This document shows positions 1 through 10,634 of a stretch of DNA of 38,866 nucleotides, in pieces. This DNA is from Promethearchaeota archaeon. GTDB lineage: Archaea > Asgardarchaeota > Lokiarchaeia > Sigyniarchaeales > SOKP01. Under the pieces are notes generated by a model, which saw nothing but the letters and a program-made list of their open reading frames with translations, did not search any database and had not been told where the DNA came from. Both the position numbers and the translations under genes were made by a program. How positions within the stretch are numbered: the stretch's first letter is position 1; the number at the start of each line of letters is the position of its first letter. The stretch lies in the NCBI GenBank assembly GCA_048941265.1, contig JBHLNT010000023.1:1-38866 (forward strand). The letters run 5' to 3'.

Positions 1-19
1 TCAAATTAGAGATTAAACA

Positions 20-277
20 ATGACTGATTTGGATAAAATTAGAGAAATCATTGAGGCATATGATACAGAGCCTAAGAAATGCCCATATTGCTTTAAAAAA
101 TTAAAACCTAAATTCTTTAAAGCAGATAGTTCCGTAAAGTATTATTGTTCTTCCTGTGAGCAGTATGTGGATTTTGAGTTCGACTACTTACATGCCATCG
201 CAATTCGAGCTGAGAAATATTTAGTTATAGATGATCCCTCTGGACTTTATGATCTCAGAAGCAGTAAAAAAGCTTAA
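20..277 (+). CDS. Small zinc-ribbon-like hypothetical protein
   Basis: 85 aa with CPYC...CSSC pairs; ATG start, T-rich tract downstream. Confidence 0.6.
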   Translation: MTDLDKIREIIEAYDTEPKKCPYCFKKLKPKFFKADSSVKYYCSSCEQYVDFEFDYLHAIAIRAEKYLVIDDPSGLYDLRSSKKA

Positions 278-386
278 TTCAAATTTTACTGTTATTAAAC
301 TTATTTTTCTTCTAAAAGAAACTTATATATATAATTTAATTAGAATATGATTATTAAATTATAGAATTTTAATCAGAGGTAAAAAA

Positions 387-1106
387 ATGGCTTTACAACC
401 CATAGATATTGCGAATGGAGTGTTTAGTATTATTTTTGTTTCTATTTCAATACTGATTGGATTGATAATTATCTCAAAATACTTTGAACTTAAACGTCGG
501 ACTTATTTATTAATCGGATTTACGTGGATCGGGATGTCTGCTCCTTGGACTCCTAGTTCAATTTCACTGTTAACGTATTTATTATTTGGCATAGTTCTTA
601 GCATTGAAATTCTCTTATTCATTGCCATTTTCTTTCTGCCTATTGTACAGATTTTTTGGATTACCGTTGTTTGTATATTTAAAGAAATTAAAAAGCGTAA
701 GCTGATTGTGGGAATATTTATAATAGAAGGAATCTTGATTGAAATTTACTTTCTGCTAAATCTTTTTACAAATCCATCTGCCATCGGTGAATTTTCAGGT
801 ACTTTTGATATGAACTATAGATTGTGGGTAAATCTCTTCCTATTCTCGTTATTAATCATTTTTCTTATCACAGGTACTATGCTTGCGTGGGAATCTTTTA
901 AATCGGATGATCCTGAAGTGAAGTTAAGAGGGAAATTCCTTTTTCTAGCTTTTTACTCGTTTATTATTGGCTCAGTTTTGGATATTTTTAGCTCAACTTC
1001 AATACTATTATTAACAGTTGCCAGACTTATATTAATTTCCAGCGCTTTTGAGTTTTATTGTGGTTTTATTTTGCCGAACTGGATGAAAAAGCGCTTTATA
1101 TCATAA
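387..1106 (+). CDS. ~7-TM integral membrane protein (HisKA_7TM-like, Loki-type family)
   Basis: About seven hydrophobic segments; KSDDPEVKLRGKF loop before the last two helices; GAGGT RBS upstream. Confidence 0.7.
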   Translation: MALQPIDIANGVFSIIFVSISILIGLIIISKYFELKRRTYLLIGFTWIGMSAPWTPSSISLLTYLLFGIVLSIEILLFIAIFFLPIVQIFWITVVCIFKEIKKRKLIVGIFIIEGILIEIYFLLNLFTNPSAIGEFSGTFDMNYRLWVNLFLFSLLIIFLITGTMLAWESFKSDDPEVKLRGKFLFLAFYSFIIGSVLDIFSSTSILLLTVARLILISSAFEFYCGFILPNWMKKRFIS

Positions 1107-1169
1107 AAAAAGAAAAATCAATAAAAATAATTTTTTTTTATATTAATTAGTTCTTATTTAATCCTTTTT

Positions 1170-1670
1170 TTAATCGAGATATCTAACAAATTCCTTCAGA
1201 GATTTACGGGGTCGAGGATCTGGTATTTCTCCTTTTGGATACCCTAATGGAAGTACGGTTAATACGTGATCTTTTTCTTTCAATCCCAAAATTTCCTTTA
1301 CAATATCTCGATTTATTCTTCCGATCCAACATGTTCCAATACCAAAGGTCCATGCTGCTAATGCTAATTGCAGTGAAATGAAACTTAAATCTTGAATATA
1401 CCAATTTGGTTGAATTTCTTTATCTCCGACGAGAACAACTAGAATAGGAGCATTTGCTGCAAATGGTCCCGTAGTACACTCTTTAGCTATGCTTTTTATA
1501 AGTTCCTTATTTCGAATTACATAGAACTCCCAAGGTTGTCTATTTACAGCACTCATACAATAGCGACATGCTTCAAATATTTCAGTTAAAATTTCATCCT
1601 CAATAGGGCGATCCTCAAAACTTCGGATGCTTCTACGAGATTTTAAGAGTTTTAATCCTTCACTTTCCAT
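1170..1670 (-). CDS. Nitroreductase family protein
   Basis: RRSIRSF, SAVNRQPWEF, GIGTCWIG, LGYP and RPRK motifs. Confidence 0.93.
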   Translation of the reverse strand: MESEGLKLLKSRRSIRSFEDRPIEDEILTEIFEACRYCMSAVNRQPWEFYVIRNKELIKSIAKECTTGPFAANAPILVVLVGDKEIQPNWYIQDLSFISLQLALAAWTFGIGTCWIGRINRDIVKEILGLKEKDHVLTVLPLGYPKGEIPDPRPRKSLKEFVRYLD

Positions 1671-1763
1671 TAAATATCACGATTTTTATTTGCCTTGAGC
1701 ATTTGATTTACTATCTCATTTTATGATTGAAGCTTAATATTTATGGTTAACTATAAAAATTTA

Positions 1764-2216
1764 ATGAAAATTGAAAAAGCCTTAAAATATGATTTAAAGG
1801 AAATTCTTAAACTCCAGAAATTAGCTTATCTTAGTGAAGCTGAAATTTATAATGATTATTCAATTCCACCATTGACTCAGACTTTAGATGAGATTAAAGA
1901 AGATTTTTCTTTTCAACTTTTTCTAAAAAGTGTGATAAAGAGTAAAATTATTGGTTCAGTAAGAGCCTATAAGGGAGATGATACGTGTTATATAGGGAAA
2001 CTCATTGTTTATCCAAATTTTCAAAATAAGGGTATAGGAACAAAGCTTTTGAAAGAAATTGAAACCAAATTTGATAATGTTAAGCGTTATGAATTATTCA
2101 CAGGGTATAAAAGTGAAAGAAATCTTTATTTATATCAAAAACTCGGATATCATCAATTTAGATCAGAGAAAATTAATGAAAATCTACAGCTGATTTATTT
2201 AGAAAAAAATAAATAA
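1764..2216 (+). CDS. GNAT family N-acetyltransferase
   Basis: IGKLIVYPNFQNKGIGTKLL (acetyl-CoA motif A) and NLYLYQKLGY; start placed at second Met (MKIEKA), alternative start 1743. Confidence 0.9.
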   Translation: MKIEKALKYDLKEILKLQKLAYLSEAEIYNDYSIPPLTQTLDEIKEDFSFQLFLKSVIKSKIIGSVRAYKGDDTCYIGKLIVYPNFQNKGIGTKLLKEIETKFDNVKRYELFTGYKSERNLYLYQKLGYHQFRSEKINENLQLIYLEKNK

Positions 2217-2233
2217 GAAAAAGGTTAAAAATT

Positions 2234-5047
2234 TTAGAGTTTTTTAGGCTTGATCTTCTTTAATTTCTTTAAGATTATTGCAGAGGTCACTACCGTTATA
2301 CAAATGAGAATGGTTATACTATATCCTAGAATAAAAGTCTCAGATTTACTCTTTTTCCCATTACCTCCACCGTTTTCCAGAACAATCGAAGGGCTTTGAA
2401 CTTTTTGTAATTTTAATAAACTAATACTACATCTCGGGAGTGAAATCCTACCACCAGAAGATTGAAATGGAATTATTTTCTCTGAAATTAATGTTTGTTG
2501 ATCAATCTCACTATCTTCTATGGAATTATCGAAATGAAAAAGAATTGTCGTATTTCCATCGACAGTTAATGGTATTCCACCTAAACCATCATTATAATCG
2601 TTGATAATCTGAGCTTCAGATCTTGCAATTCTTGACATTCGGAATTCGTCCAAACTTGCATTTACGTTAGATCCACGGTTAAAAGTAGATGAACCAATAC
2701 GTATAGGTTCCCGATGTTCGAAATAAAAATGAAATCCCTTGAGGGTTTCTGGTGTCTGTTTGACTCCATCTAGGTATAATACCAATTCCTTATCGAATTC
2801 CCAAGCTAGAGCAATATGATGCCACTCTCCTGCATTCCATGATGCGCAAGGACCAAAAACAACTTTAAATTCCGTCCAGTTGTCATTAATTAACGCAACT
2901 GCGATTGCAGAGCCACTATGTTTTATAAGTTGAAATGTTTGCCCTATTGACAAAATTGGATATTCCTTCCCATCATCTCCATCCCATTCAGGTTTTATCC
3001 AAAATTCCAATGTCCCTTCCAATGGTAAGGCATTATCATAGGAGGGATATGAGATAATATGAGTATTGTTGATTTTTAACGCTTGCCCTACCTTACCAAT
3101 TGTATAATTATAATAATTGCTTGGTAAATTAAAATCCATGGCACTAATGGAACTCGCATTAACAATTTTTAGCGAGGCTGTTTCTTTGCTTGTAAAACCT
3201 TCTACATCTATACACACATTGAGCGATTGAGTAGGATGCTTATTTATAAGGATTATAGAGAGTTCATCGTCATTTAATGTAGGCAGAACATCCAAAAAGG
3301 GCATATCCTTACGAGGAGGAATCCAACCAATTTGGGTTTCTAAATCGAATGATGGACACATTACACTAGAGTTTATTAAATATTGTCCCCATCCCTCAAT
3401 AAGCACGTCTAAAGTGTGAAACAAGCTAGAATCTCCTAAGGTTCGCGCTTCATGCATTAGATCTAAGTAGAAATCATTTATGGATGACCATTGTTGTATG
3501 ATATGTGCGCCATTTTTAGCAAATTGAAGTGCCATATCTGCCATCGCTACTGCGGATTGAAATTTTTGAGGTTGATCGATACCAAAACCAATAGTGTTAT
3601 AAAGTGTATTAAATTCCGTAACCCATATTTCAATATCATCTCGTCCAGTCTCAGTTTCTAGAATCTTACTGATATTATAGACGGCTTCACCTCGATAGTT
3701 TGCTGTGGCCATTACTGCATTGTAAATAACTGTCTGATTTATGTATTCAACTAAGATTTCTGATGTTCTGTTCTTAAGATACACTTCATTCAACATCATG
3801 ATATCTTTACCAAGTCCATCATTATAAAATTCTATTCCTAATTGATAATCTCCAGCACTTGGAAAATGTAAAGTATGGTTATATAACCTAGGATTTCCTA
3901 TAACTACGGAAAAATTAACCTGAGATATCCCATTAATATTTATACTCAAATTCGCATAATTATTAAGGCTACTTGGATACGGCCCGTATACGCCATTCAT
4001 ACCTTCTGCCGTGATCCATACTTCATAATCACCTGCTTGTGGAATATTTACGGTCTGAGTTACCTCACTATTCCCCCAAAAAAATATCGTTTTTCCATCC
4101 TCAGAGACGGGCCCATACGTATGGATATGAAGAGCATCCATTTTTGCTCCGGCTACTCTTGCTACCTCTTGATTCCAAGCTCTAGTATCTCGCTTAGAAT
4201 TGTTCCATATCCCCTTAGGCTCCTCATAACCCACAGCAGCAATCTTTATAGTCGGATCTACAGCTTTCATTGCATCATAATAGACTATAAATCTGGTGGC
4301 ATATTCTGTAGCGTTATAATTATCTGTCCAATCATTATACACTTCATTGCCTACTTCCCAATTTTGGATATTATATGGTTCTGGATGACCATATTGTCCA
4401 CGAAGCCATGCAAAATATCCAGGATCTGCCGTTTCATTGCCTTTAAAAGAATCAGTTGTCCAAGGTTGAGTGACCGGATCAGGAATCTCACCATTACAAT
4501 ACTCCACCCAATTTGCCGCTTCTAATGATGTTCCGTTCCCAAAATTTACAGTTATAGTCGGGATTGCTCCAATTGCACTACAAAAATCATAATGTTCATC
4601 TATACCATAATTATTAGTTGTAGGGCCTCCTGTATAAGCATTAATTCCTATAGGTCTTGACGACTTAGGGCCAATACCCTCCCACCATTTATATTTTTCA
4701 GAAAGGCTTCCACCAGGAAATCGGATTGTAGCTAAGTTCATGGTCTTAAATCGTTCAATTACCCCATCATAGATCTCTAAACTGTTTGGATTTAAAATTC
4801 CAGAACCATTATTAATAAAATTGATATTAGTTCCATAAATATTAGCAGGAAGCTGACGTATAATATCTGATGCATTAATATGAACTTTTGCATCAATAAG
4901 GGAAACAGAAGGGGATTTAATTGCTAAATCATCGTTTTCAGAAACTATTGGACTTTCCGTATATGAAATTTGTTGATAATTTATATTTATTGTAGAAACA
5001 AGGAATAAATATATAATATAAAGTACAATTAGTTTGTTTTTTTTCAA
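2234..5047 (-). CDS. Membrane-anchored GH51-like glycoside hydrolase (alpha-L-arabinofuranosidase-like) with inserted CBM-like and LamG/ConA domains
   Basis: N-terminal signal/TM; RFPGG, WVEYCN, WEVGNE (acid/base), WVTEFN (nucleophile); LamG motifs GTLEFWIKP, WHHIAL, LYLDG, LDEFRMS; C-terminal GYS-TM-Lys-rich tail. Confidence 0.8.
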   Translation of the reverse strand: MKKNKLIVLYIIYLFLVSTININYQQISYTESPIVSENDDLAIKSPSVSLIDAKVHINASDIIRQLPANIYGTNINFINNGSGILNPNSLEIYDGVIERFKTMNLATIRFPGGSLSEKYKWWEGIGPKSSRPIGINAYTGGPTTNNYGIDEHYDFCSAIGAIPTITVNFGNGTSLEAANWVEYCNGEIPDPVTQPWTTDSFKGNETADPGYFAWLRGQYGHPEPYNIQNWEVGNEVYNDWTDNYNATEYATRFIVYYDAMKAVDPTIKIAAVGYEEPKGIWNNSKRDTRAWNQEVARVAGAKMDALHIHTYGPVSEDGKTIFFWGNSEVTQTVNIPQAGDYEVWITAEGMNGVYGPYPSSLNNYANLSININGISQVNFSVVIGNPRLYNHTLHFPSAGDYQLGIEFYNDGLGKDIMMLNEVYLKNRTSEILVEYINQTVIYNAVMATANYRGEAVYNISKILETETGRDDIEIWVTEFNTLYNTIGFGIDQPQKFQSAVAMADMALQFAKNGAHIIQQWSSINDFYLDLMHEARTLGDSSLFHTLDVLIEGWGQYLINSSVMCPSFDLETQIGWIPPRKDMPFLDVLPTLNDDELSIILINKHPTQSLNVCIDVEGFTSKETASLKIVNASSISAMDFNLPSNYYNYTIGKVGQALKINNTHIISYPSYDNALPLEGTLEFWIKPEWDGDDGKEYPILSIGQTFQLIKHSGSAIAVALINDNWTEFKVVFGPCASWNAGEWHHIALAWEFDKELVLYLDGVKQTPETLKGFHFYFEHREPIRIGSSTFNRGSNVNASLDEFRMSRIARSEAQIINDYNDGLGGIPLTVDGNTTILFHFDNSIEDSEIDQQTLISEKIIPFQSSGGRISLPRCSISLLKLQKVQSPSIVLENGGGNGKKSKSETFILGYSITILICITVVTSAIILKKLKKIKPKKL

Positions 5048-5226
5048 AATTTAACCCCTGATGTTTACTTTAATAAAAATTAATAATTTCAAGGATACTT
5101 TTTTTTTAAAATGAAGTAATATGATTATAAAATATTAATATATTATTTTTTACTTTTGGATAGACTAAATGAAGAAAATTGGAATGTCTACATGATAATG
5201 TAGCAGTATTTGCTTACTTTTCAAAA

Positions 5227-5829
5227 TCATGAATTTTTTTGATCAGGGCTTAAACAAGGATGAGAACGAATATTTATTGAATATGGATTTTTTTTTTCTT
5301 CTAAATCTGAATTGCTTGTTAAATTTTTTAATTCTTCCATTAATGAATACATCCAATCTGCTAATTTAATATTGAGGGGGGAATCATAAAAGGGTATGTG
5401 TGGTTTTATGTCAAGCACAGGTGTATTGTCTATGGCATCTAAACCTTCGACGATCAATGTATCTCCTTTTCTTTCTATTAGTTTAACTGTTGTTTTACAA
5501 ATAGGATTGGGTCTTACTGGTGAGCGTGTAGCAAAAATTCCCTTAATTGGCATTTTTTTCAATCCAGCAGGATGAACTTTCTTAATTTGACGTGCTTGAT
5601 CTGGTACCTTATGAGTCCAAAATAATATGACAAGATGTGAAAAATCTTCAATTCCGTCTAAACAGTCAATATATTCTTTCTTTACTATAATCTTGGAATT
5701 TATTAAATCACTACCTTGAGTTAATGCTACATTAAGATCTAACTTTATATCTTTATTCGAATATCTTAACACTTCTTTATTTGCCTTATTTTGAACTATT
5801 CCAATTGGTTTTAGAATTAACTCCGTCAT
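5227..5829 (-). CDS. tsaA: tRNA (N6-threonylcarbamoyladenosine(37)-N6)-methyltransferase TrmO/TsaA family
   Basis: LKPIG, DGIEDFSH, GIFATRSPVRPNPI, GLDAIDNTPVLDIKP. Confidence 0.92.
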   Translation of the reverse strand: MTELILKPIGIVQNKANKEVLRYSNKDIKLDLNVALTQGSDLINSKIIVKKEYIDCLDGIEDFSHLVILFWTHKVPDQARQIKKVHPAGLKKMPIKGIFATRSPVRPNPICKTTVKLIERKGDTLIVEGLDAIDNTPVLDIKPHIPFYDSPLNIKLADWMYSLMEELKNLTSNSDLEEKKNPYSINIRSHPCLSPDQKNS

Positions 5830-6096
5830 AATAATACTCTAGTATGAAAATTATCCATCATTTAAAAGGAGTATGAAAAAATTAGAAGTTAGTATTACTC
5901 ATAGATATTTGTTAAATTATAGTATGTTATTAATTTTAGAATTGTTTAGAAAATTATTTCATAGGAATGATGCAGTGATGTTATATATTAATAAAAGAAT
6001 AATAAAAATCAATAATTTAGAGGGATGGTTTTTTTTAATAGAAAAACAAATTGTATTTATTTATAAATAACGATTTTTTTACCCTAAATTGATTAA

Positions 6097-7233
6097 ATGA
6101 AGAAAGTTGGAGTGGCGACACTTCCTCTTCATGGAGGTAAAGCCCCATCATGGTTATTTAAGCGAATGGTGTTATTAGGAAAGCCAATTTTCAAAATACT
6201 ATATGATATGGAAGGTTCAGAGGGAATTTTAAAAAGATTATCTGATACTTATTGGTTTCAAGGTTTAGCTTGCATTTTAGGATATGATTGGCATTCCAGT
6301 GGTGTTACAACAGTATTAGGTGGAGTATTAAGCGAAGTACTAAATCCTAGAGATCATGGGATTATTGTTGCTGGAGGGAAAGGAAAAAAATCCCTTCAGG
6401 TAAAAGAGCATTTACAAAAAAGTGCTAAAAATTTGGATTATAATATGGATGATATCGAAAAACTTAATGAGATTAGTAGATTAGTTGCCAAAATAGACAA
6501 TGCTGCTGTACAAGATGGATTCTCATTATACCATCATAATATGTTTGTATCAGAAGAAAAATGGGCAATTATTCAGCAGGGTATGGATGGAAATATAAAG
6601 AAAGCAAGAAGATATCACTGGCATTCTGAGGGACTTACAAACTTTCTTAATAGTCCACACTCCGATATTAGCTCAGAAATTTTAAAAGATATTGTATTAG
6701 ATATGGCATCTAAAGATAGTCAAAACTGTAGAAAAGTTTCACTAGATTTAGTAGCAGAAGGTTCTCTTCGAATTAAGAGATATATAAGTAAATTAAAAGA
6801 CTCTAATCAGACTAACTTAGATGATTTTCTAACTCCTAATAAATCTATTGAACTAATAAAGATCCCCCATCTTGACATGCCTATCCCTTTCACCCTAAAA
6901 TGGGAATGTGTAGATATGGCTAAGGAACTCGCGGTGAATGATTATACTGAATTATTAAAAATTAGGGGCTTAGGGCCAGGAATGATAAGAGCTTTAGCTT
7001 TGATTTCAGAATTTATATGGGGGGAACCTCCAAGTTGGAAAGATCCGGCCAAATTTTCCTTTGCAGTAGGAGGTAAAGATGGGATACCATATTTTACGAA
7101 TGTTAAAAGGATGGAAAAATGTGCTCAAGTTTTAGAAGATGCAATTAGTTTAGCTCGGTTAAACAAAAATGAAAAACTGAAATCCATTAAGAGATTGCAT
7201 AAGTTTAAAAATCTGGAAAATCAGTCATATTGA
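6097..7233 (+). CDS. DUF763 family protein
   Basis: LPLHGGKAPSWL, DWHSSGVTT, AVQDGFSLYHH, QQGM, ARRYHW, HhH-like IRGLGP, FSFAVGGKDG. Confidence 0.9.
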   Translation: MKKVGVATLPLHGGKAPSWLFKRMVLLGKPIFKILYDMEGSEGILKRLSDTYWFQGLACILGYDWHSSGVTTVLGGVLSEVLNPRDHGIIVAGGKGKKSLQVKEHLQKSAKNLDYNMDDIEKLNEISRLVAKIDNAAVQDGFSLYHHNMFVSEEKWAIIQQGMDGNIKKARRYHWHSEGLTNFLNSPHSDISSEILKDIVLDMASKDSQNCRKVSLDLVAEGSLRIKRYISKLKDSNQTNLDDFLTPNKSIELIKIPHLDMPIPFTLKWECVDMAKELAVNDYTELLKIRGLGPGMIRALALISEFIWGEPPSWKDPAKFSFAVGGKDGIPYFTNVKRMEKCAQVLEDAISLARLNKNEKLKSIKRLHKFKNLENQSY

Positions 7234-7348
7234 AAAAGTTCATGTTTAAATTATTTTTGAATGGGTTGTATGGTCTAAAAAAAAACAAGAATAGTAAAAA
7301 ATTAATCTAATAATTTCATTAGCTTAGATATTCTTATGTCTTATCATT

Positions 7349-7912
7349 TTACTCTTTTACTTGTGCTAATTGTTCTCCTATTTCTTTTGCTTTTTGCATC
7401 AATTCTTCTTTTTCATAAATAGCACCGGGTCTACGAACTCCAGCGGCAAGCAATAAGTCTTGCATATTATAACCCATAAAACCAAATAATCTTGAAGTAG
7501 AATCAATATATTGTTTAAACATATCACTCTTAGGGTTACCATGAGTAAAAATTAACACCAAATCCTTTTTTCCAATCTTGCTTTTAAAATCTCTTCCTAT
7601 TTGGGAAAAATGACGATCAACGAATATTTTTAATTGAGCAGACATTTGTCCAAAATATATAGGCGACCCAACTATCACCGCATCTGATTTTATAATTTCT
7701 TCAAATAATTGTGGCATATCATCCTTTATTGCACATCCCTCATCTGTTATTTTACAATGATAACAGCTTTGACATGGTTTTATATCCATTTCGTGTATAT
7801 TGAATATCTTAGTCTCTGCCCCATTCTCCATAGCACTTGCTAAAATTGACTGCACTAATATTTGGGTATTCCCATCTACTCTAGGACTACCCACAATACC
7901 TATAATTTTCAT
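7349..7912 (-). CDS. Iron-sulfur flavoprotein / NADPH-dependent FMN reductase (flavodoxin-like)
   Basis: GSPRVDGNT, CQSCYHC...C, GSPIYFG; GAGGTG RBS favours ATG at 7912 over the 7930 start. Confidence 0.9.
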   Translation of the reverse strand: MKIIGIVGSPRVDGNTQILVQSILASAMENGAETKIFNIHEMDIKPCQSCYHCKITDEGCAIKDDMPQLFEEIIKSDAVIVGSPIYFGQMSAQLKIFVDRHFSQIGRDFKSKIGKKDLVLIFTHGNPKSDMFKQYIDSTSRLFGFMGYNMQDLLLAAGVRRPGAIYEKEELMQKAKEIGEQLAQVKE

Positions 7913-8070
7913 ATGACTTGAACACCTCAAATTTCAGGTTGAATTTTTCTAAACTAAAATTCTAAAATTTACTTTATATGAGGGTATTGATTAATTCTTT
8001 TTAGAAATTATTTTTGCAAGTCGATGATAAAATAAAAATATTTGTTTAATTAATTAAGTCTCTCAATAAT

Positions 8071-8766
8071 TTATTCAACTGCTTTTTTACCGAAAAAAGA
8101 TCCTGCCACAAAAGTTACTCCACATGATAAAATTCCAAATAATAGTGTATCAAATAAGATTTCATTCTCAATTATATTACCTAAAACATCTACTATTAGC
8201 GCACTAATGATAAGGATTAAACCTATAAAAAAGAATTGCATACGCTTTCTTGAATTACCTGTACTTTTTCTGATACCGAAGTAATGGAGAGAAAAGGCGG
8301 AATAGATTAACATGGAAGCAACGAAAATAGCAAATAAAGCAAATGGGATCGGTTGGAAATGCGTTTCTGCCGTTGCAGCATCTTTAACTTCAATGAAATC
8401 GGTAATAATTAGCACAAGCGAAATTACCAGCGATATGAGTAATGGAACCCAGAATCTAAATTTATGGATTTTAATCCATTTGCTGGAATATATAAGTGTT
8501 TGCATAGTGAAGAATAAAAACAATACAGCTATTGTTACTGCAACCATGCCAAGTTTGAGAAAAGCTATTACTGCCCATTCTTGACCTATAAATGAATATA
8601 TAATTGTAGATAATGCATAAATTCCTACGCAGCTGTTAGCAAGAGCAAGAAAGTTATTTCCAAGAGGTACTTGAGAATATTTTTTCTGGTTAATAAGCAT
8701 TAATGTCGCAGAAAAGGAGATTACCATTGTTATAAATTCAAAAATATATGTTATAATCTCAGTCAT
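8071..8766 (-). CDS. ~7-TM integral membrane protein (similar layout to 387..1106)
   Basis: About seven hydrophobic segments; KSTGNSRKRMQFF loop before the last two helices. Confidence 0.65.
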   Translation of the reverse strand: MTEIITYIFEFITMVISFSATLMLINQKKYSQVPLGNNFLALANSCVGIYALSTIIYSFIGQEWAVIAFLKLGMVAVTIAVLFLFFTMQTLIYSSKWIKIHKFRFWVPLLISLVISLVLIITDFIEVKDAATAETHFQPIPFALFAIFVASMLIYSAFSLHYFGIRKSTGNSRKRMQFFFIGLILIISALIVDVLGNIIENEILFDTLLFGILSCGVTFVAGSFFGKKAVE

Positions 8767-8960
8767 AAGTTTAATTCACTTTTAAATAGTTCAATAGTCT
8801 TCATTTTTAATTTTAATAAAAATAAATTTATATAAATAATACTAAAAGCAAATAAGATAAATTTAAAGTTTTTAAAAAAATAATTAAAATTTTTTTTTGT
8901 TGAAAATAAAAACTTAGATTAGATTATAATCAAAATTTTTTTTAAATTAATATTATTAAA

Positions 8961-10316
8961 TTAATCCTGAAATTCATTATCAGTATCATCTTTAAGTAAG
9001 TTTTCAATTGATTCGCGCCATTTATTTCTCCAACTTTTTACATTCTCACCAATTTTTTTACCCACCATTTTTACTCCTATTTCAAATGGGGATTCTCCAC
9101 CCTCTGGTTTCATGAAAAAGCCTCCTATATATCTAAATACTTGCTTTACCGTGAATTTGTCCACCATAAATTCTTTAAAACGAGAAGATGATTTAAATGT
9201 TAACCAGGAAATTAAAATGATAAGAAACGAAAAGATTAAATAAATACGGTGGTATAAATCACTAATTTTTAAACCAGGATTTATATATGTAGCTAATATC
9301 GGAAAATGGCCAATATATGCGTCACTTACGAAAAAAGAATCTAGATATACCATATGATATCCGAGAGCGATACCTAAAACCATCAAAACTACACCTCGTT
9401 CTCCAAAAGTTTTTTTCATATGATGTGTAAAATAGAGCCTTGATTGAAATTGCACTGGATTTTCAAACGGTATGGGTCGATCTGGTGATTCTGAAATTCT
9501 TCTAGTGAGAACTTGAACTAAATATAACACACTAATTAAAAGCATGATAATTTCAATAACTAATGAAAAAGCATTCTCATTGGTATAGCGAAAACTCATA
9601 ATCAAATGATAAAATAGAGCCATATTAAAGACCCCAATGGCAGTTGCAAAGTTCACGATACCAGGTTTAGAGTCAACTTTTTTGGGAGCTCTTTGCATTA
9701 AACCTAACACAATTAAAGCATTTAGTACTCCAAAACAACCAAATAGAATAGATGAGGGGTCACCTTGAAAAAACATATAAATATAAAGGGGTATTGTAAT
9801 GAGCGCGACAGCTTTAAGTGCCGACCCAAAGAATATATGGTCTTTTGGCATACCTAATGTAATTACTTTTTTCGGAAATGAAGTAAAAAAGTATAACGTC
9901 AAGAAAAATAACGAAATTCCTGAAATTAAAATCCACGCAAAAAAGAAAAATAACTTCGCAAATGTGAAGAGTGGTGATTCGTAAGTCCAGTCGAGAGAGA
10001 TGAAAGCCCATATGGCGCCAAATATTATAATGCTAGCAATCAAATAATAAACTGCTAAGTTCTTAATCCTCCCTATAATTATACCTGAAATTATAATAGC
10101 AAACGAGATAAATAACTCAAATATAAGCATCGTTCTAATAAGATCTAGAGATCCTATTTTCCATAGATGAAATAACACGGCAAATATGGTATTAACCAAC
10201 ATAACCACGAAGATAATAAGAGCAAATAGGATATACTCCCTTTGTTTAAGCTTTTGAATTCCTCCAAAAATTCTATTTTTTAAGAACCAATAGATAGTGC
10301 GTTCGAGATACGACAA
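8961..10316 (-). CDS. Multi-pass membrane protein of unknown function
   Basis: 451 aa with roughly 10-11 hydrophobic segments; no recognised motif. Confidence 0.65.
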   Translation of the reverse strand: MSYLERTIYWFLKNRIFGGIQKLKQREYILFALIIFVVMLVNTIFAVLFHLWKIGSLDLIRTMLIFELFISFAIIISGIIIGRIKNLAVYYLIASIIIFGAIWAFISLDWTYESPLFTFAKLFFFFAWILISGISLFFLTLYFFTSFPKKVITLGMPKDHIFFGSALKAVALITIPLYIYMFFQGDPSSILFGCFGVLNALIVLGLMQRAPKKVDSKPGIVNFATAIGVFNMALFYHLIMSFRYTNENAFSLVIEIIMLLISVLYLVQVLTRRISESPDRPIPFENPVQFQSRLYFTHHMKKTFGERGVVLMVLGIALGYHMVYLDSFFVSDAYIGHFPILATYINPGLKISDLYHRIYLIFSFLIILISWLTFKSSSRFKEFMVDKFTVKQVFRYIGGFFMKPEGGESPFEIGVKMVGKKIGENVKSWRNKWRESIENLLKDDTDNEFQD

Positions 10317-10634
10317 ACCTATTCAAATCCTATTTTTTTTAATTTAAAATTAAGTAGTCTACTATATAATAAAAACTTATAAAAAAATTCTATTTTTCAA
10401 GTGTTATAGAACACTAAAATTTAAAAAAATAGATTAAAAATGAAAAGTTATCTTGAACTATCATCTTCTAAAGGTATTTTCTTAAGCAAATATACTAATA
10501 CAAAAAATAATTATTCTTACAATTAATGATTTCTAAACAGGGAATATCTCTTTTTGGATTTACTAAATTTTTTAAATCAATATTTTTCTAGAATTTTAGA
10601 AGAATTTTTTATCAAACGTTAAGAAGTGTGAAAA

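Noticed and set aside
4037-4525. Antisense or alternate-frame ORFs (this one and 1204, 8312, 9799, 9814, 10917, 12141, 13086, 15496, 17135, 21110, 22223, 24644, 24885, 24958, 25201, 26286, 27353, 27750, 29326, 31867, 34208, 34548, 35944, 38624)
   Set aside because: They overlap well-supported genes and have no recognisable motifs; the poly-Pro in 25201 is just the reverse complement of the poly-Gly linker
5187-5229. TGA stop of tsaA with a nearby hairpin (CTACAT/ATGTAG) as selenocysteine/SECIS
   Set aside because: Another TGA follows two codons later, the position is not a conserved Cys, and no SECIS core is evident
5873-6070. 65-aa ORF in the tsaA/DUF763 divergent region
   Set aside because: AT-biased composition, no motif, and it occupies promoter space; an AGGAG immediately upstream is too close to be a convincing RBS
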